NCBI GenBank assembly: GCA_020631335.1
Contig: JAHDHK010000001.1
Location: 7,836-71,835 of the forward strand
Reading direction: 5' to 3'
Length of the DNA stretch: 64,000 bases
Source of the DNA: Chromatiales bacterium
GTDB lineage: Bacteria > Pseudomonadota > Gammaproteobacteria > Granulosicoccales > Granulosicoccaceae
In this document: positions 29,495-39,633 of the stretch, one piece after another
Position numbering within the stretch: position 1 is the first letter of the stretch
Layout: the number at the start of each line of letters is the position of its first letter
Translations under genes and position numbers: made by a program
The notes under the pieces: model-generated
What the model saw: the letters and a program-made list of their open reading frames with translations, nothing else
Told to the model about the DNA's origin: nothing
Databases searched by the model: none

Positions 29495-30580
29495 TTAAGC
29501 GTCCAATGCCCGACAATCCTCCTGAAGCCACCCCACTGTGACGATATCACCCTCTCGCATTAAGGCGTGGTTGGCTGAGTTCGGCACTTTGACAATGAAG
29601 TCATCCCGACCCAGCAGTTCGATGCGCGTACGAATGTGATCTCCCAGGTAGATCAGCTCGAGTACACGCGCTTCGAACATATTTTGTACAGCCGATGCGT
29701 CAGGGTCTATCAGCACTCGCTCGGGTCGCAGTGACAACGTCGATTCGTCTCCTTTGCGACCCACGTTAACCGCTCGTGCATAGACCGGCGCACCGGTTTG
29801 TGTTCTCACAACGCAATAGTCACCTTCGAGTTCCTCGACAGTGCCGCGAAGCTTGTTGTTTTCACCGATAAACTGTGCGACGAACGCATTGTCCGGACGC
29901 TCGTATAACGCATCGGGTGGTGCGAGTTGCTGAATCACACCGTCATTGAATACGGCAATCCGATTCGACATCGTCAATGCCTCGGACTGATCATGCGTCA
30001 CGTAGACAACCGTCACTCCCAGTGTTTCGTGTATGTGTTTAATTTCATACTGCATCTGCTCGCGCAGGTTTTTATCCAGTGCGCCGAGCGGCTCATCCAT
30101 CAACACGAGATCAGGATCGAATACAAGCGCACGGGCCACCGCCACGCGCTGTTGCTGACCACCGGACAATTGCGATGGTCGACGGTTACCGAAGCCGCCG
30201 AGCTGCACCATATCGAGCGCCTTGTCTACCCGCTTTTTACTCTCGGCTGCTGACATTTTGCGCACTTCCAGCGGAAACGCCAGATTCTCTGCCACAGACA
30301 TATGCGGAAACAGCGCGTAGTTCTGGAACACCATACCGATACCGCGCTTGTGCGGCGGCACGTTGTTGATAGGCTCGTCGTTTAAATAAATTTCACCGTG
30401 TGTTGCAGGCTCAAAACCGGCGAGCATCATCAGACAGGTTGTCTTGCCTGATCCGGAAGGACCAAGCATCGTCAGGAACTCACCTTTTTCTACGTCGAGG
30501 TTGAGATCCTTAACTACCAGTGTTTTACCGTCGTAACTTTTTTGTACATTCTGAAATCTGACGAGCGGTTTATTCGACAT
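29495..30580 (-). CDS. ABC transporter ATP-binding protein (PotA-like)
   Basis: GPSGSGKTT, LSGGQQQRVAVARAL, LVLMDEP, and a C-terminal TOBE-like domain. Confidence 0.9.
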   Translation of the reverse strand: MSNKPLVRFQNVQKSYDGKTLVVKDLNLDVEKGEFLTMLGPSGSGKTTCLMMLAGFEPATHGEIYLNDEPINNVPPHKRGIGMVFQNYALFPHMSVAENLAFPLEVRKMSAAESKKRVDKALDMVQLGGFGNRRPSQLSGGQQQRVAVARALVFDPDLVLMDEPLGALDKNLREQMQYEIKHIHETLGVTVVYVTHDQSEALTMSNRIAVFNDGVIQQLAPPDALYERPDNAFVAQFIGENNKLRGTVEELEGDYCVVRTQTGAPVYARAVNVGRKGDESTLSLRPERVLIDPDASAVQNMFEARVLELIYLGDHIRTRIELLGRDDFIVKVPNSANHALMREGDIVTVGWLQEDCRALDA

Positions 30581-30810
30581 GTGTTTCCAGTGAATCGTGT
30601 AATTTTTTCAACCGCACAGCCTTGAGCTTGTCGAGTGCGTGACAACTACCAATCCGTGGCATATCTTTTTGTGTTTCATTCTTGAAACACTCATAGCTTT
30701 AACAGTGCTAGTCTGACCGACCAGCGATTTACCCGCAACCGTCAGGGAGTTTCAAGCAACCGAATAGTCGCAATGGGTAACACAAATGAGCGATGCTGGC
30801 GCTGAAGCCA

Positions 30811-31626
30811 TTATGTAAATTTTTTCAGACGGGCAATCAGACTCGAGGTGTCCCAGCGATTCCCCCCCATGTTCTGCACGTCGGCATAATACTGATCTAC
30901 CATGGCAGTCACCGGGACAGAGGCTTTGTTTCTGCGCGCCTCATCGAGCACGATGGACAAATCTTTGCGCATCCAGTCAACCGCAAAGCCGAATTCGAAT
31001 TCATCTTTGGCCATCGTCGAATAACGATTTTCCATCTGCCAGCTTTGCGCAGCACCACCGCTGACAACGCCCATCACCTTTTCTATATCGAGGTTGGCTG
31101 CCTGCGCGAAATTAACACCTTCCGACAATGCCTGAACCAGGCCGGCAATACAGATTTGATTGACCATCTTGGTAAGCTGGCCGGCACCGGCCTCCCCGAT
31201 CAGCGACACATTCTTGCCATAGGCCTGCAGCACCGGCTGCACCTGATCGAAAACCTGCTGATCCCCGCCACACATCACAGCTAGCACACCGTTCTCGGCT
31301 CCCGCCTGTCCGCCGGATACCGGTGCATCGATAAAGCCGAATTCCTGCTCCTGACAGACGGCATACAGCTCGCGCGCTACCTCGGCTGACGCGGTGGTGT
31401 GATCGACCAGTGTCGCCCCTTTTGACAGACCGGCTAACACGCCGTCATCGCCTTCCGCGGCTTCACGAGGTGTCTGGCAGGCCTTGCCTTTGTGTTCTTT
31501 TTCCCAGGATGCAGACTTTGCAGCGGTCCGGTTGTAGACAGAAACCTCGTGCCCGGCGGCGGCGAGATGCCCGGCCATCGGATACCCCATCACGCCCAGG
31601 CCTACGAAGGCTACTTTTTTACTCAT
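30811..31626 (-). CDS. HIBADH/GarR-family NAD(P)-dependent dehydrogenase, atypically short
   Basis: VAFVGLGVMGYPMAGHL Rossmann motif, DAPVSGG, and GAGQLTKMVNQI. About 20 residues are missing relative to the family between AAEG and DDGVLAG. Confidence 0.8.
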   Translation of the reverse strand: MSKKVAFVGLGVMGYPMAGHLAAAGHEVSVYNRTAAKSASWEKEHKGKACQTPREAAEGDDGVLAGLSKGATLVDHTTASAEVARELYAVCQEQEFGFIDAPVSGGQAGAENGVLAVMCGGDQQVFDQVQPVLQAYGKNVSLIGEAGAGQLTKMVNQICIAGLVQALSEGVNFAQAANLDIEKVMGVVSGGAAQSWQMENRYSTMAKDEFEFGFAVDWMRKDLSIVLDEARRNKASVPVTAMVDQYYADVQNMGGNRWDTSSLIARLKKFT

Positions 31627-31678
31627 TGGATGATCACCGTAGTGTTAAATCGACTGGTTGATAGCAAACCACAACAAT

Positions 31679-33193
31679 TCAACCCGCGAGCGACCGTATG
31701 AGGTTTGCCAGCTTTGCTATGCCAGAGTTTATTTTTTCTGCGGGTATCGAGGAGAATCCCAGACGCAGAAAAGCGTTTGCGGGATCCGGGTTAGCAAAGT
31801 AGCTGTTCCCCGACACCACAAGTATACCCGCTTCACCTGCACGCTGTTCAACTTCATCAGCGCAGATTCCCCCGGGTAATCGCACCCAGAATGCGCTGCC
31901 ACCGAACGCAGGTGCTACGCTGGATTCAGGCAAATGCGCTTTCAGCGCCTGATCCATTGCCTCCCAGCGCTGCCGATAGGCATGGGCCAGTCGATGTACC
32001 AGTGAATCGTGGTGCCCGAGCGCTAGAAAATGAGCAACGGCATTTTGATTATTCGACGGCGGATGTCGCAGCATCAGCCGTCGAAGCGCGCGTGCCTCAT
32101 CGATCAGCTCTTTCGGCCCGACCATGTAACCCAGCCGCAAGCCCGGCGCCAGCGTTTTAGACAGGCTGCCCACATAGATCACTCTGTCGTTGCCATCGAG
32201 ACTTTTCAGCGCCGGTGTTGGCGGCCCGGCAAAGTTGAGCTCACTCTCATAGTCGTCTTCAATGATGAGGATATCGTTTTCAGCCGCTCGACGGAGCAAC
32301 TCTTCGCGCCGCGCCAGCGACATCGTCGCCGTGGTCGGAGACTGATGACTGGGTGTACAGTAAAGAAGCCGGCAATCGTTAATGCGGTCATCGATAACGA
32401 TTCCGTGCTGATCCACCGGCACCGGCTTAACGGTGCAGTCTCTTAACTCAAAGATGTTTCTGGCATCGGGATAGCCCGGGTCTTCAAATGCCACTTTGTC
32501 ATTCGATTCAACCAGCAGGCGGGCCAGCAGATAGAGCGCATTCTGCGCCCCCATCGTCACCAGAATCTGGTCTGTATTGACCCATAAACCACGAGGTGGC
32601 AGCACTCTATTTTGAATCTGCTCGAGCAACAGCGGATCATCGTTGTCGACCGAGTCAGGCATCCAGGCTGTGATCGCCTGAACCGCTAATGACTGACGAC
32701 AGCATTCCCGCCACTCATTGATCGGAAACAATGCGGGGTCTGTCTGCCCGGCAGTAAAAGCATATTCAAAAGACTTCCAGTTGCGCAGCGCCATACCCAG
32801 ATTGCGTTGTCGCGACGGACGGGTTTTGATTCTGCGATCCCAGTCGGGACAGGATTGATTGCCATCCACCGGCTTTGGTGCCCGTGAAGTCCGGCTGTTG
32901 ACGAGTTCGGTGTTGACAAAGTAGCCGCGCCGCTCCTCGGCGATCAGATACCCTTCATCCATCAGATGCTGGTAGGCATGTACCACGGTATTGCGAGCAA
33001 CACCCAGCTGCCGTGCCAGCTCACGGGAAGAAGGTAACGGTCTGTGGTGTGGAATGTGGCCATCGAGTATTGCCGTCACCAGTGCACGCCGTAACTGGCT
33101 TTGCAGACTGGCCCCCTGCTCATTCGAGAGACGGATGAGCTGACGCCACATTGGCTGGTTGGATTTTCGCGGACTGTCTGGCTGCGCCGTCAA
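31679..33193 (-). CDS. MocR/PdxR-type regulator (GntR HTH fused to a PLP aminotransferase-like domain)
   Basis: N-terminal wHTH LPSSRELARQLGVARNTVVHAYQHL. C-terminal fold-type I domain with the SLSKTL lysine motif. Confidence 0.85.
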   Translation of the reverse strand: MTAQPDSPRKSNQPMWRQLIRLSNEQGASLQSQLRRALVTAILDGHIPHHRPLPSSRELARQLGVARNTVVHAYQHLMDEGYLIAEERRGYFVNTELVNSRTSRAPKPVDGNQSCPDWDRRIKTRPSRQRNLGMALRNWKSFEYAFTAGQTDPALFPINEWRECCRQSLAVQAITAWMPDSVDNDDPLLLEQIQNRVLPPRGLWVNTDQILVTMGAQNALYLLARLLVESNDKVAFEDPGYPDARNIFELRDCTVKPVPVDQHGIVIDDRINDCRLLYCTPSHQSPTTATMSLARREELLRRAAENDILIIEDDYESELNFAGPPTPALKSLDGNDRVIYVGSLSKTLAPGLRLGYMVGPKELIDEARALRRLMLRHPPSNNQNAVAHFLALGHHDSLVHRLAHAYRQRWEAMDQALKAHLPESSVAPAFGGSAFWVRLPGGICADEVEQRAGEAGILVVSGNSYFANPDPANAFLRLGFSSIPAEKINSGIAKLANLIRSLAG

Positions 33194-33522
33194 TCTGGTA
33201 ATCTCGGTTCGCGATCTGGCTATCAGGGTGCTGAAAAAGCACTAAGCGACGGTCTGTGAAGGCAGTATGCCCCGAAAAGCGCAGTTTATGGATGATAAAC
33301 GTGCATTTTGCGGGGGAATACAACGCCGGCAGACCTGGTGCAATAGCTCTTCAACACCCTGCTGAGTGGGTACCCGGACCACTATTCAGGTTAATAGCGC
33401 ACCGGTCAAGTCGCAAGGATATTAGAGTTATCCTATGCACACAAACCGGGTCACTTGCGCACTCCGGCGGCGAATCCTTTCGCATGCACCCAGCTTAGTA
33501 ACACAATACGGAAGATCACAAC

Positions 33523-34263
33523 ATGCAAGATCACAACATGCCGGCGATTGTCGCCCATCGTGGCGCCAGCGGCCATGCACCCGAAAATACACTGGCAGCG
33601 ATTGAACTGGCGGCACAGGCTGGTGCTACCTGGATCGAGATTGATGTCAATGTATCGCGCGACGGGGTGCCGGTGTTACACCACGATGACGGGCTTGAGA
33701 GATGCACCAACGGCACCGGCCTGGTGATCGAGCACGATCTGCTCGAGCTGCAAAAGCTCGATAGTGGCAGCTGGTTTCACCGGGACTTTGAAGGTGAACC
33801 GGTCGCGACGCTGCAGCAATGCCTCGACCTTTGTGATGCGCTGTCGTTGGGGATTAATCTGGAAATCAAACCCTGCAGCGGCTGGGAAGTGCCGACAACG
33901 ACCTGCATAGCTGAAGTACTTAATCGCGGTGAATACGCTATACCTCTGCTTATATCGAGCTTTAGTCACCTCGCATTGGTGGAAGCCAGAAAGCAACTTG
34001 CGCACATTCCCAGAAGCGCATTGTTTCTGGTTGCACCACCCGACTGGCAGTCACTCACAAAGCAGACCGAAGCCAGCAATATTCATCTGCATGCCAACTC
34101 CCTGCTGACTGCGCAGGCGGTAGAGTCTTTTCATCAACAGGGGCTGGGTGTCTATTGCTACACCGTCAACACAACCGAACTGGCCGACGATATATTCCAA
34201 CGCGGTGTAGACGGCATTTTTACAAACTACCCGGCAACGCTGTTACAGCACCTGGACAGCTGA
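33523..34263 (+). CDS. ugpQ: Glycerophosphodiester phosphodiesterase
   Basis: IVAHRGASGHAPENTLAA and EIDV...HHD motifs. A second ATG at 33538 was created by a 15-bp tandem duplication. Confidence 0.85.
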   Translation: MQDHNMPAIVAHRGASGHAPENTLAAIELAAQAGATWIEIDVNVSRDGVPVLHHDDGLERCTNGTGLVIEHDLLELQKLDSGSWFHRDFEGEPVATLQQCLDLCDALSLGINLEIKPCSGWEVPTTTCIAEVLNRGEYAIPLLISSFSHLALVEARKQLAHIPRSALFLVAPPDWQSLTKQTEASNIHLHANSLLTAQAVESFHQQGLGVYCYTVNTTELADDIFQRGVDGIFTNYPATLLQHLDS

Positions 34264-34374
34264 CGACAACAAAAAACAATTTTACAAGCGCATGCTTGCA
34301 ACTTTTTGAATTCACCCTATCTTTAACTTACGGCCGCTGACCAGCGGTCACTTTTCTACCCACGGTCATTACCG

Positions 34375-35130
34375 ATGACCCGTTTTAACTGTTGCGACGT
34401 GACTTCAAAACCAGTCAATAACAAAACGCCAGTGGCAACCACTCGTAAAGCAAGAGAGTTTGCGCTGCGACAACAGGAAATACTGGAGGTAGCGCTCGAA
34501 TGTTTCAGTGGTGAGGACTGGGAGTCTGTCACGGTAGCGCGAATAGCGGATATTGTCGGCATTGCCAAAGGCACGATGTATCTGCACTTCTCAAGCAAGC
34601 AGGAAATATTTGCCCGGCTGGCGATAGATTTTTACCGCTCTCTGCTGCACCACCTCCAGGAGTGCGCAAAACACAGTAAACATGATCACCTGAAGCACAT
34701 GGTAGAACAGGCGTTCGATTTCTACCTCGCCAAGCCGAAATATCGCTGTGTCACTCAATATTGCGAACGTGAAGACTTCCGCCGCAATCTGAACACTGAA
34801 ATCGCAAACGAATTCGAAATACTCGATCAGAGTTTTCAACAACTACTGCGACAGGCATTGCAGCGTGGCATTAGCGAAGGCACATACCGGCCTCTGGAAA
34901 TGGAACAGGTAATCCCTGGCCTGCGATGTACATTTCATGGTGCGCTGACAATGCTCTGGTGCAACAGACAGGGCGAGCAGGATAGCGCCCAACAGTTTGT
35001 CAGCCGTATCAGCCGCTACATGACCGGGCCACTTCTGGCAGAAGCGGTTCACAAAGATAAAACAACACAAAACATATCACCCCCGTCTGAGCATCTACCT
35101 GCCCCACCAACACTGGAAACAATCCCATGA
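34375..35130 (+). CDS. TetR-family transcriptional regulator
   Basis: HTH region VTVARIADIVGIAKGTMYLHFSSKQEIF. Overlaps the MFP gene by 4 bp. Confidence 0.8.
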   Translation: MTRFNCCDVTSKPVNNKTPVATTRKAREFALRQQEILEVALECFSGEDWESVTVARIADIVGIAKGTMYLHFSSKQEIFARLAIDFYRSLLHHLQECAKHSKHDHLKHMVEQAFDFYLAKPKYRCVTQYCEREDFRRNLNTEIANEFEILDQSFQQLLRQALQRGISEGTYRPLEMEQVIPGLRCTFHGALTMLWCNRQGEQDSAQQFVSRISRYMTGPLLAEAVHKDKTTQNISPPSEHLPAPPTLETIP

Positions 35131-36218
35131 ATAAATCCGTTCTCATCGCCTGTGCTGCGGTAGTTGCGCTGGTGTTGTGGATGCTAAGCGGACAGTTCGG
35201 CGCACTTCAGTCTGCAGACACTCAAACAACCGTTGAGAACGAACCGGTAGCAGAGCGCAGTACACCCCGGATGAAAGTTCAGACCCGACGCCAGATAGCC
35301 GAACAGATTACCCGCGAAATAGTGGTTCAGGGTCAGGTAGAACCATTGAAAATTTTGCATCTTCGATCAGAAACAGGCGGCACTGTTGAACGTTTACCGG
35401 TCAATAAAGGGCAACGCATTGCTAAAGATGAGGTAATTGCAGAATTGTCAGCGGACAATCGTCAAGCCAACCTTGCGGTGGCGCGTGCCAATCAGCAACA
35501 GGCGGAAAATGAATACGCTGCGGCGCGCAAGCTGCAAAGTCAGGGACTGCAATCATCCACTTCACTCGACAACGCCGCAGCCAAACTCGAAGCCGCAAGG
35601 GCGCAGGTTAAAGCCGCACAACTGGATATCAGCGATACCATTCTGACCGCACCATTCGATGCACTGATCGATGACATTAACATTGAAGAAGGAGACTTTC
35701 TTGACCGTGGCGGTGTAGTGGCGACACTGGTAGATAACAGCAGCTTACTGATCGCCGGCAGCGTACCGCAGAAGAATATAATGGACGTGAAAACCGGAGC
35801 TCAGGCGACTGCCTCATTAATCACCGGTGAAACACTACAGGGAACTGTGCGTTATATTTCTTCAATGGCCGACACAGCAACCAGAAGCTTCAAAATAGAG
35901 GTGATTGTCGATCAGCCTCCGTCCCGCACGATGACCGGTGTCAGTGCTGAAATCAGCGTACCGGTTGAAACATTGAAAGCGCACTTCATCTCCCCTGCGA
36001 TCCTCGCACTCGATAGTGACGGTACGCTTGGCGTCAAAGCAATCGGACAGGACGATACGGTTGTTTTCCATGCGGTTGAAGTCGTAAAAACCGAAAGCGA
36101 CGGTGCCTGGGTTACCGGCATACCTGAAGACGTAATCTTAATTACTCTTGGCCAGGGATTCGTCAGTACCGGTGAGCAGGTCCAGTCGATACCAGAGCCA
36201 ACAGAAACGGATTCCTGA
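35127..36218 (+). CDS. RND efflux periplasmic adaptor (MFP)
   Basis: N-terminal TM anchor, coiled-coil hairpin (ANLAVARANQQQAENEYAAARKL), and beta-barrel domains. Confidence 0.85.
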   Translation: MNKSVLIACAAVVALVLWMLSGQFGALQSADTQTTVENEPVAERSTPRMKVQTRRQIAEQITREIVVQGQVEPLKILHLRSETGGTVERLPVNKGQRIAKDEVIAELSADNRQANLAVARANQQQAENEYAAARKLQSQGLQSSTSLDNAAAKLEAARAQVKAAQLDISDTILTAPFDALIDDINIEEGDFLDRGGVVATLVDNSSLLIAGSVPQKNIMDVKTGAQATASLITGETLQGTVRYISSMADTATRSFKIEVIVDQPPSRTMTGVSAEISVPVETLKAHFISPAILALDSDGTLGVKAIGQDDTVVFHAVEVVKTESDGAWVTGIPEDVILITLGQGFVSTGEQVQSIPEPTETDS

Positions 36219-36220
36219 TC

Positions 36221-39200
36221 ATGCATGCCATTATCCAGGCAGCCTTTAATCGCAACCGGGCAGTCATTTTACTTCTGGTATTCTTTTTAATCAGCGGTGT
36301 TCTCGCCTACACCGCGATTCCAAAAGAAGCAGAACCCGATGTGGCCATACCGATTATCTATGTATCGATGAGCCACGAGGGTATCTCACCGGAAGACAGT
36401 GAGCGTCTGCTGATCAGACCGATGGAGTCGGAACTACAATCAATACCCGGCGTGAAGGACATCACCAGTACTGCCTCCGAAAGCCACGGCTCGGTGATGC
36501 TTGAATTTGATGCCGGCTTTGATCCGTCAGTGGCGCTGGCAGATGTACGTGAGAAGGTTGATGTCGCGAAATCCAAGTTGCCTGCAGACACAGACGAGCC
36601 GGCCGTACATGAAATAAATGTCGCTTTGTTTCCAGTATTAACCGTGTCTCTGGCAGGGCCGATCCCCGAACGCAGTTTGTTAAGAATCGCACGTGATCTG
36701 AAGGAGAAAATAGAAGCTCAATCCGGTGTGCTTGAAGTCAATATCGGCGGTGAGCGCGAAGAGGTACTTGAGATTATTGTCGATCCGGTAGTCATGGAAA
36801 CCTATAACGTTCGCTATGACGAGCTTTTCGGCTTAATCCGTAACAATAACTTGCTGGTGGCCGCAGGCGCGATCGACACCGGAGCCGGACGCATGGTACT
36901 TAAAGTACCCGGTGTGGTCGAAGACATTAACGACATCTTGAATATGCCGGTAAAAGTCAGCGGTGATAATGTAATTACTTTTGCCGACGTCGCCACCATC
37001 AGCAGAACCTTTAAAGATCCACAGGGGTTTGCACGGGTCGATGGACAGCCGGCACTGGCACTGGAAGTCTCTAAACGTATTGGTGCCAACATCATTGAAA
37101 CCAACCAGGCTATCCGGGACCTGGTGGCGCAGGAACAGCAACTATGGCCCGAATCTATCAAAGTCGGTTTTCATCAGGATAAATCAAAGCAGATACGCAC
37201 CATGCTCAGTGATCTGCAAAACAATATTTTATCCGGTGTTATTCTGGTGATGATCGTTATCATTGCCGCATTAGGTGTGAGATCTTCTTTATTGGTTGGT
37301 CTGGCTATACCGGGCTCGTTTCTCGCCGGTATCCTTGTGCTCTACAGCGTTGGATTTACGCTTAATGTTGTGGTGCTGTTCAGCCTTATTCTGGTTGTCG
37401 GTATGCTGGTTGACGGTGCGATTGTCGTGATTGAACTGGCAGATCGAAACCTGAAAAGCGGCATGACCCGAAAACAGGCTTACATGGCGGCCGCCAAACG
37501 AATGTCATGGCCCATTACTGCATCTACCGCAACAACGCTTGCGGTGTTTTTCCCGGTGATATTCTGGCCGGGTATGGTCGGCCAGTTCATGAAGTATCTG
37601 CCACTCACCGTCATTATCTGTCTTATCGCTTCACTTTGTATGGCACTGATATTTATACCCGTACTCGGTGGGAGTTTCGGTGGTGATAAACCACCCGCCA
37701 ACAAGGCTGATACAGAAAAAACAAAACTCAGCGCATTCACCAAAGCCTACGGCCACATGCTCGCCGCACTATTAAAACACCCTGCACTTACCTTGCTCGG
37801 GGCGCTGGTATTTTTGGTCGGTTCTTACATGGTGTACGGTGCTATGGGCAAGGGCGTGGTGTTTTTTCCGGCGACCGAACCGGAGATAGCGCAGGCACAG
37901 ATCCATGCACGCGGCGATCTGTCCATGATCGAAAAAGACCGGATCGTGCGCACGGTTGAAGAACGTCTTTTGTCGATGCAGGAATTAAAATCGGTATACG
38001 CCAAGTCTATGGGTGCAGTCGCCGGCGAACCGGGATTATCCGCAGATGTAATCGGTGTTATCCAGCTCGAATTCATTGAATGGAATCAACGGCGCAAAGC
38101 GCGCGTTATTCTCGATGAAATGCGGGAAATGACCGCAGACATCCCGGGCGTGAAGATCGAATTCAGAGAACAGGAAGACGGTCCGGCCGGCGGCAAGCCG
38201 ATCAACATAGAAATCAGTTCTGCCAGATCCGAAAAACTACCAACGGCAACGCAGTATGTACGCGACGTGCTGGATCAGGTTGGCGGCTTTGTCGACGTAG
38301 AAGACAACCTGCCGCTGCCCGGGATTGAGTGGCGTCTGATCGTTGATCGTGAGCAGGCAGCACGATACGGCGCAGATGTAGCGCTTTTGGGCAATGCCGT
38401 ACAAATGATAACCAACGGGATTCGGGTAGCCGGCTACCGACCCGATGATTCCGACGAAGAACTGGATATACGGGTTCGCTTCCCGCTGAACGAACGCAAA
38501 CTCGAACGTCTGGACCAACTCACTGTGCCGACCGCAAGCGGGATGATCCCGATTACCAATTTTGTCACGCTCGAGCCTGCGCAGAAAACCGGCATCGTCA
38601 ACAGAGTGAACGCCAAACGTGTGATAACAGTGCAAGCCGACGTTGCAGAAGGAAAGCTGCCAACCGATCAGCTCAATGCAATTCAACAGGCACTGGCCGA
38701 AGGACCACAGGATCCGGACATCAACATTGAGTTTACCGGTGAAAATGAAGATCAAATGGAAACGATGCTGTTTCTGGTAAAAGCATTTGCAGCAGCAATT
38801 TTTCTGATGGCGTTATGCCTGATCGTTCAGTTCAACAGCCTTTTCCAGACAGCAGTCGTGTTAAGCGCAATCGTTTTTTCAACAGCCGGAGTGTTGCTGG
38901 GGCTGATCATTACCGCACAGCCGTTTGGCATAGTGATGGTCGGGCTCGGTATCATTGCGCTTGCAGGAATCGTGGTGAACAACAATATCGTGCTGATAGA
39001 TACCTACAATCGTTTCAGGGCAAACGGTCACCCACCGTCAGATGCCGCATTGAGAACCGGGTTGCTGCGCTTGAGGCCGGTGTTTCTGACGGCGACAACA
39101 ACCATACTCGGCCTGATTCCGATGGTGTTATCACTGAACCTGGATATTTTTAATCGTATTATTGAAGTGGGCGCACCATCAACGATGTGGTGGACTCAGC

Positions 39201-39358
39201 TTGCCAGCGCTATTGCCGGCGGTCTTGCTTTCGCTACCGTATTAACACTGGTATTGACCCCCTGCCTGCTGGTGCTCGGAGAAAAGCTACCCGGGCGAAG
39301 AAAAGCGGCCATTAAGCCCGCGTCAGCAACAACGGTTGCAGCAACCAGTGCAGGTTGA
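36221..39358 (+). CDS. RND efflux permease (AcrB/HAE family)
   Basis: 1045 aa. Twelve-TM architecture with two large periplasmic loops. No outer-membrane factor gene in the operon. Confidence 0.95.
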   Translation: MHAIIQAAFNRNRAVILLLVFFLISGVLAYTAIPKEAEPDVAIPIIYVSMSHEGISPEDSERLLIRPMESELQSIPGVKDITSTASESHGSVMLEFDAGFDPSVALADVREKVDVAKSKLPADTDEPAVHEINVALFPVLTVSLAGPIPERSLLRIARDLKEKIEAQSGVLEVNIGGEREEVLEIIVDPVVMETYNVRYDELFGLIRNNNLLVAAGAIDTGAGRMVLKVPGVVEDINDILNMPVKVSGDNVITFADVATISRTFKDPQGFARVDGQPALALEVSKRIGANIIETNQAIRDLVAQEQQLWPESIKVGFHQDKSKQIRTMLSDLQNNILSGVILVMIVIIAALGVRSSLLVGLAIPGSFLAGILVLYSVGFTLNVVVLFSLILVVGMLVDGAIVVIELADRNLKSGMTRKQAYMAAAKRMSWPITASTATTLAVFFPVIFWPGMVGQFMKYLPLTVIICLIASLCMALIFIPVLGGSFGGDKPPANKADTEKTKLSAFTKAYGHMLAALLKHPALTLLGALVFLVGSYMVYGAMGKGVVFFPATEPEIAQAQIHARGDLSMIEKDRIVRTVEERLLSMQELKSVYAKSMGAVAGEPGLSADVIGVIQLEFIEWNQRRKARVILDEMREMTADIPGVKIEFREQEDGPAGGKPINIEISSARSEKLPTATQYVRDVLDQVGGFVDVEDNLPLPGIEWRLIVDREQAARYGADVALLGNAVQMITNGIRVAGYRPDDSDEELDIRVRFPLNERKLERLDQLTVPTASGMIPITNFVTLEPAQKTGIVNRVNAKRVITVQADVAEGKLPTDQLNAIQQALAEGPQDPDINIEFTGENEDQMETMLFLVKAFAAAIFLMALCLIVQFNSLFQTAVVLSAIVFSTAGVLLGLIITAQPFGIVMVGLGIIALAGIVVNNNIVLIDTYNRFRANGHPPSDAALRTGLLRLRPVFLTATTTILGLIPMVLSLNLDIFNRIIEVGAPSTMWWTQLASAIAGGLAFATVLTLVLTPCLLVLGEKLPGRRKAAIKPASATTVAATSAG

Positions 39359-39367
39359 ATCGCGCAA

Positions 39368-39402
39368 TAAAAAAAGCTGTGGCAAAGCAGGCTTTGCCAC
39401 AG
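39368..39402 (-). terminator. Rho-independent terminator, minus-strand orientation, possibly bidirectional
   Basis: CTGTGGCAAAGC-ag-GCTTTGCCACAG, a 12-bp perfect stem at 39377-39402. It is preceded on the + strand by AAAAAAAA, which becomes the U-tract on the minus strand. Confidence 0.6.
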
Positions 39403-39444
39403 TAATTACTGGAGGATATCGAGCTAACTTCTTTACCGCTTCGG

Positions 39445-39633
39445 CTATGCTATCAGCACACTTCTCTTTACACCGTGCTGATAAGCCGTGAAAAACTCAT
39501 ACAAAAAAATGCCGGTCACCCTTGCGAAAGAAGCAGGTAAAGATCTTTCAGGTTTCCCGGTCACCGGCCCGGCTACCTCGGCGGTAGTGGGTGACTCTGG
39601 TGTCAACGCGGTGTGTTTTTGCATGGCAGTCAT
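39445..39633 (-). CDS. Hypothetical small protein (62 aa); could be a non-coding transcript
   Basis: An ORF divergent from the LysR gene and followed by the strong terminator at 39368-39402. No family recognised. Confidence 0.3.
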   Translation of the reverse strand: MTAMQKHTALTPESPTTAEVAGPVTGKPERSLPASFARVTGIFLYEFFTAYQHGVKRSVLIA

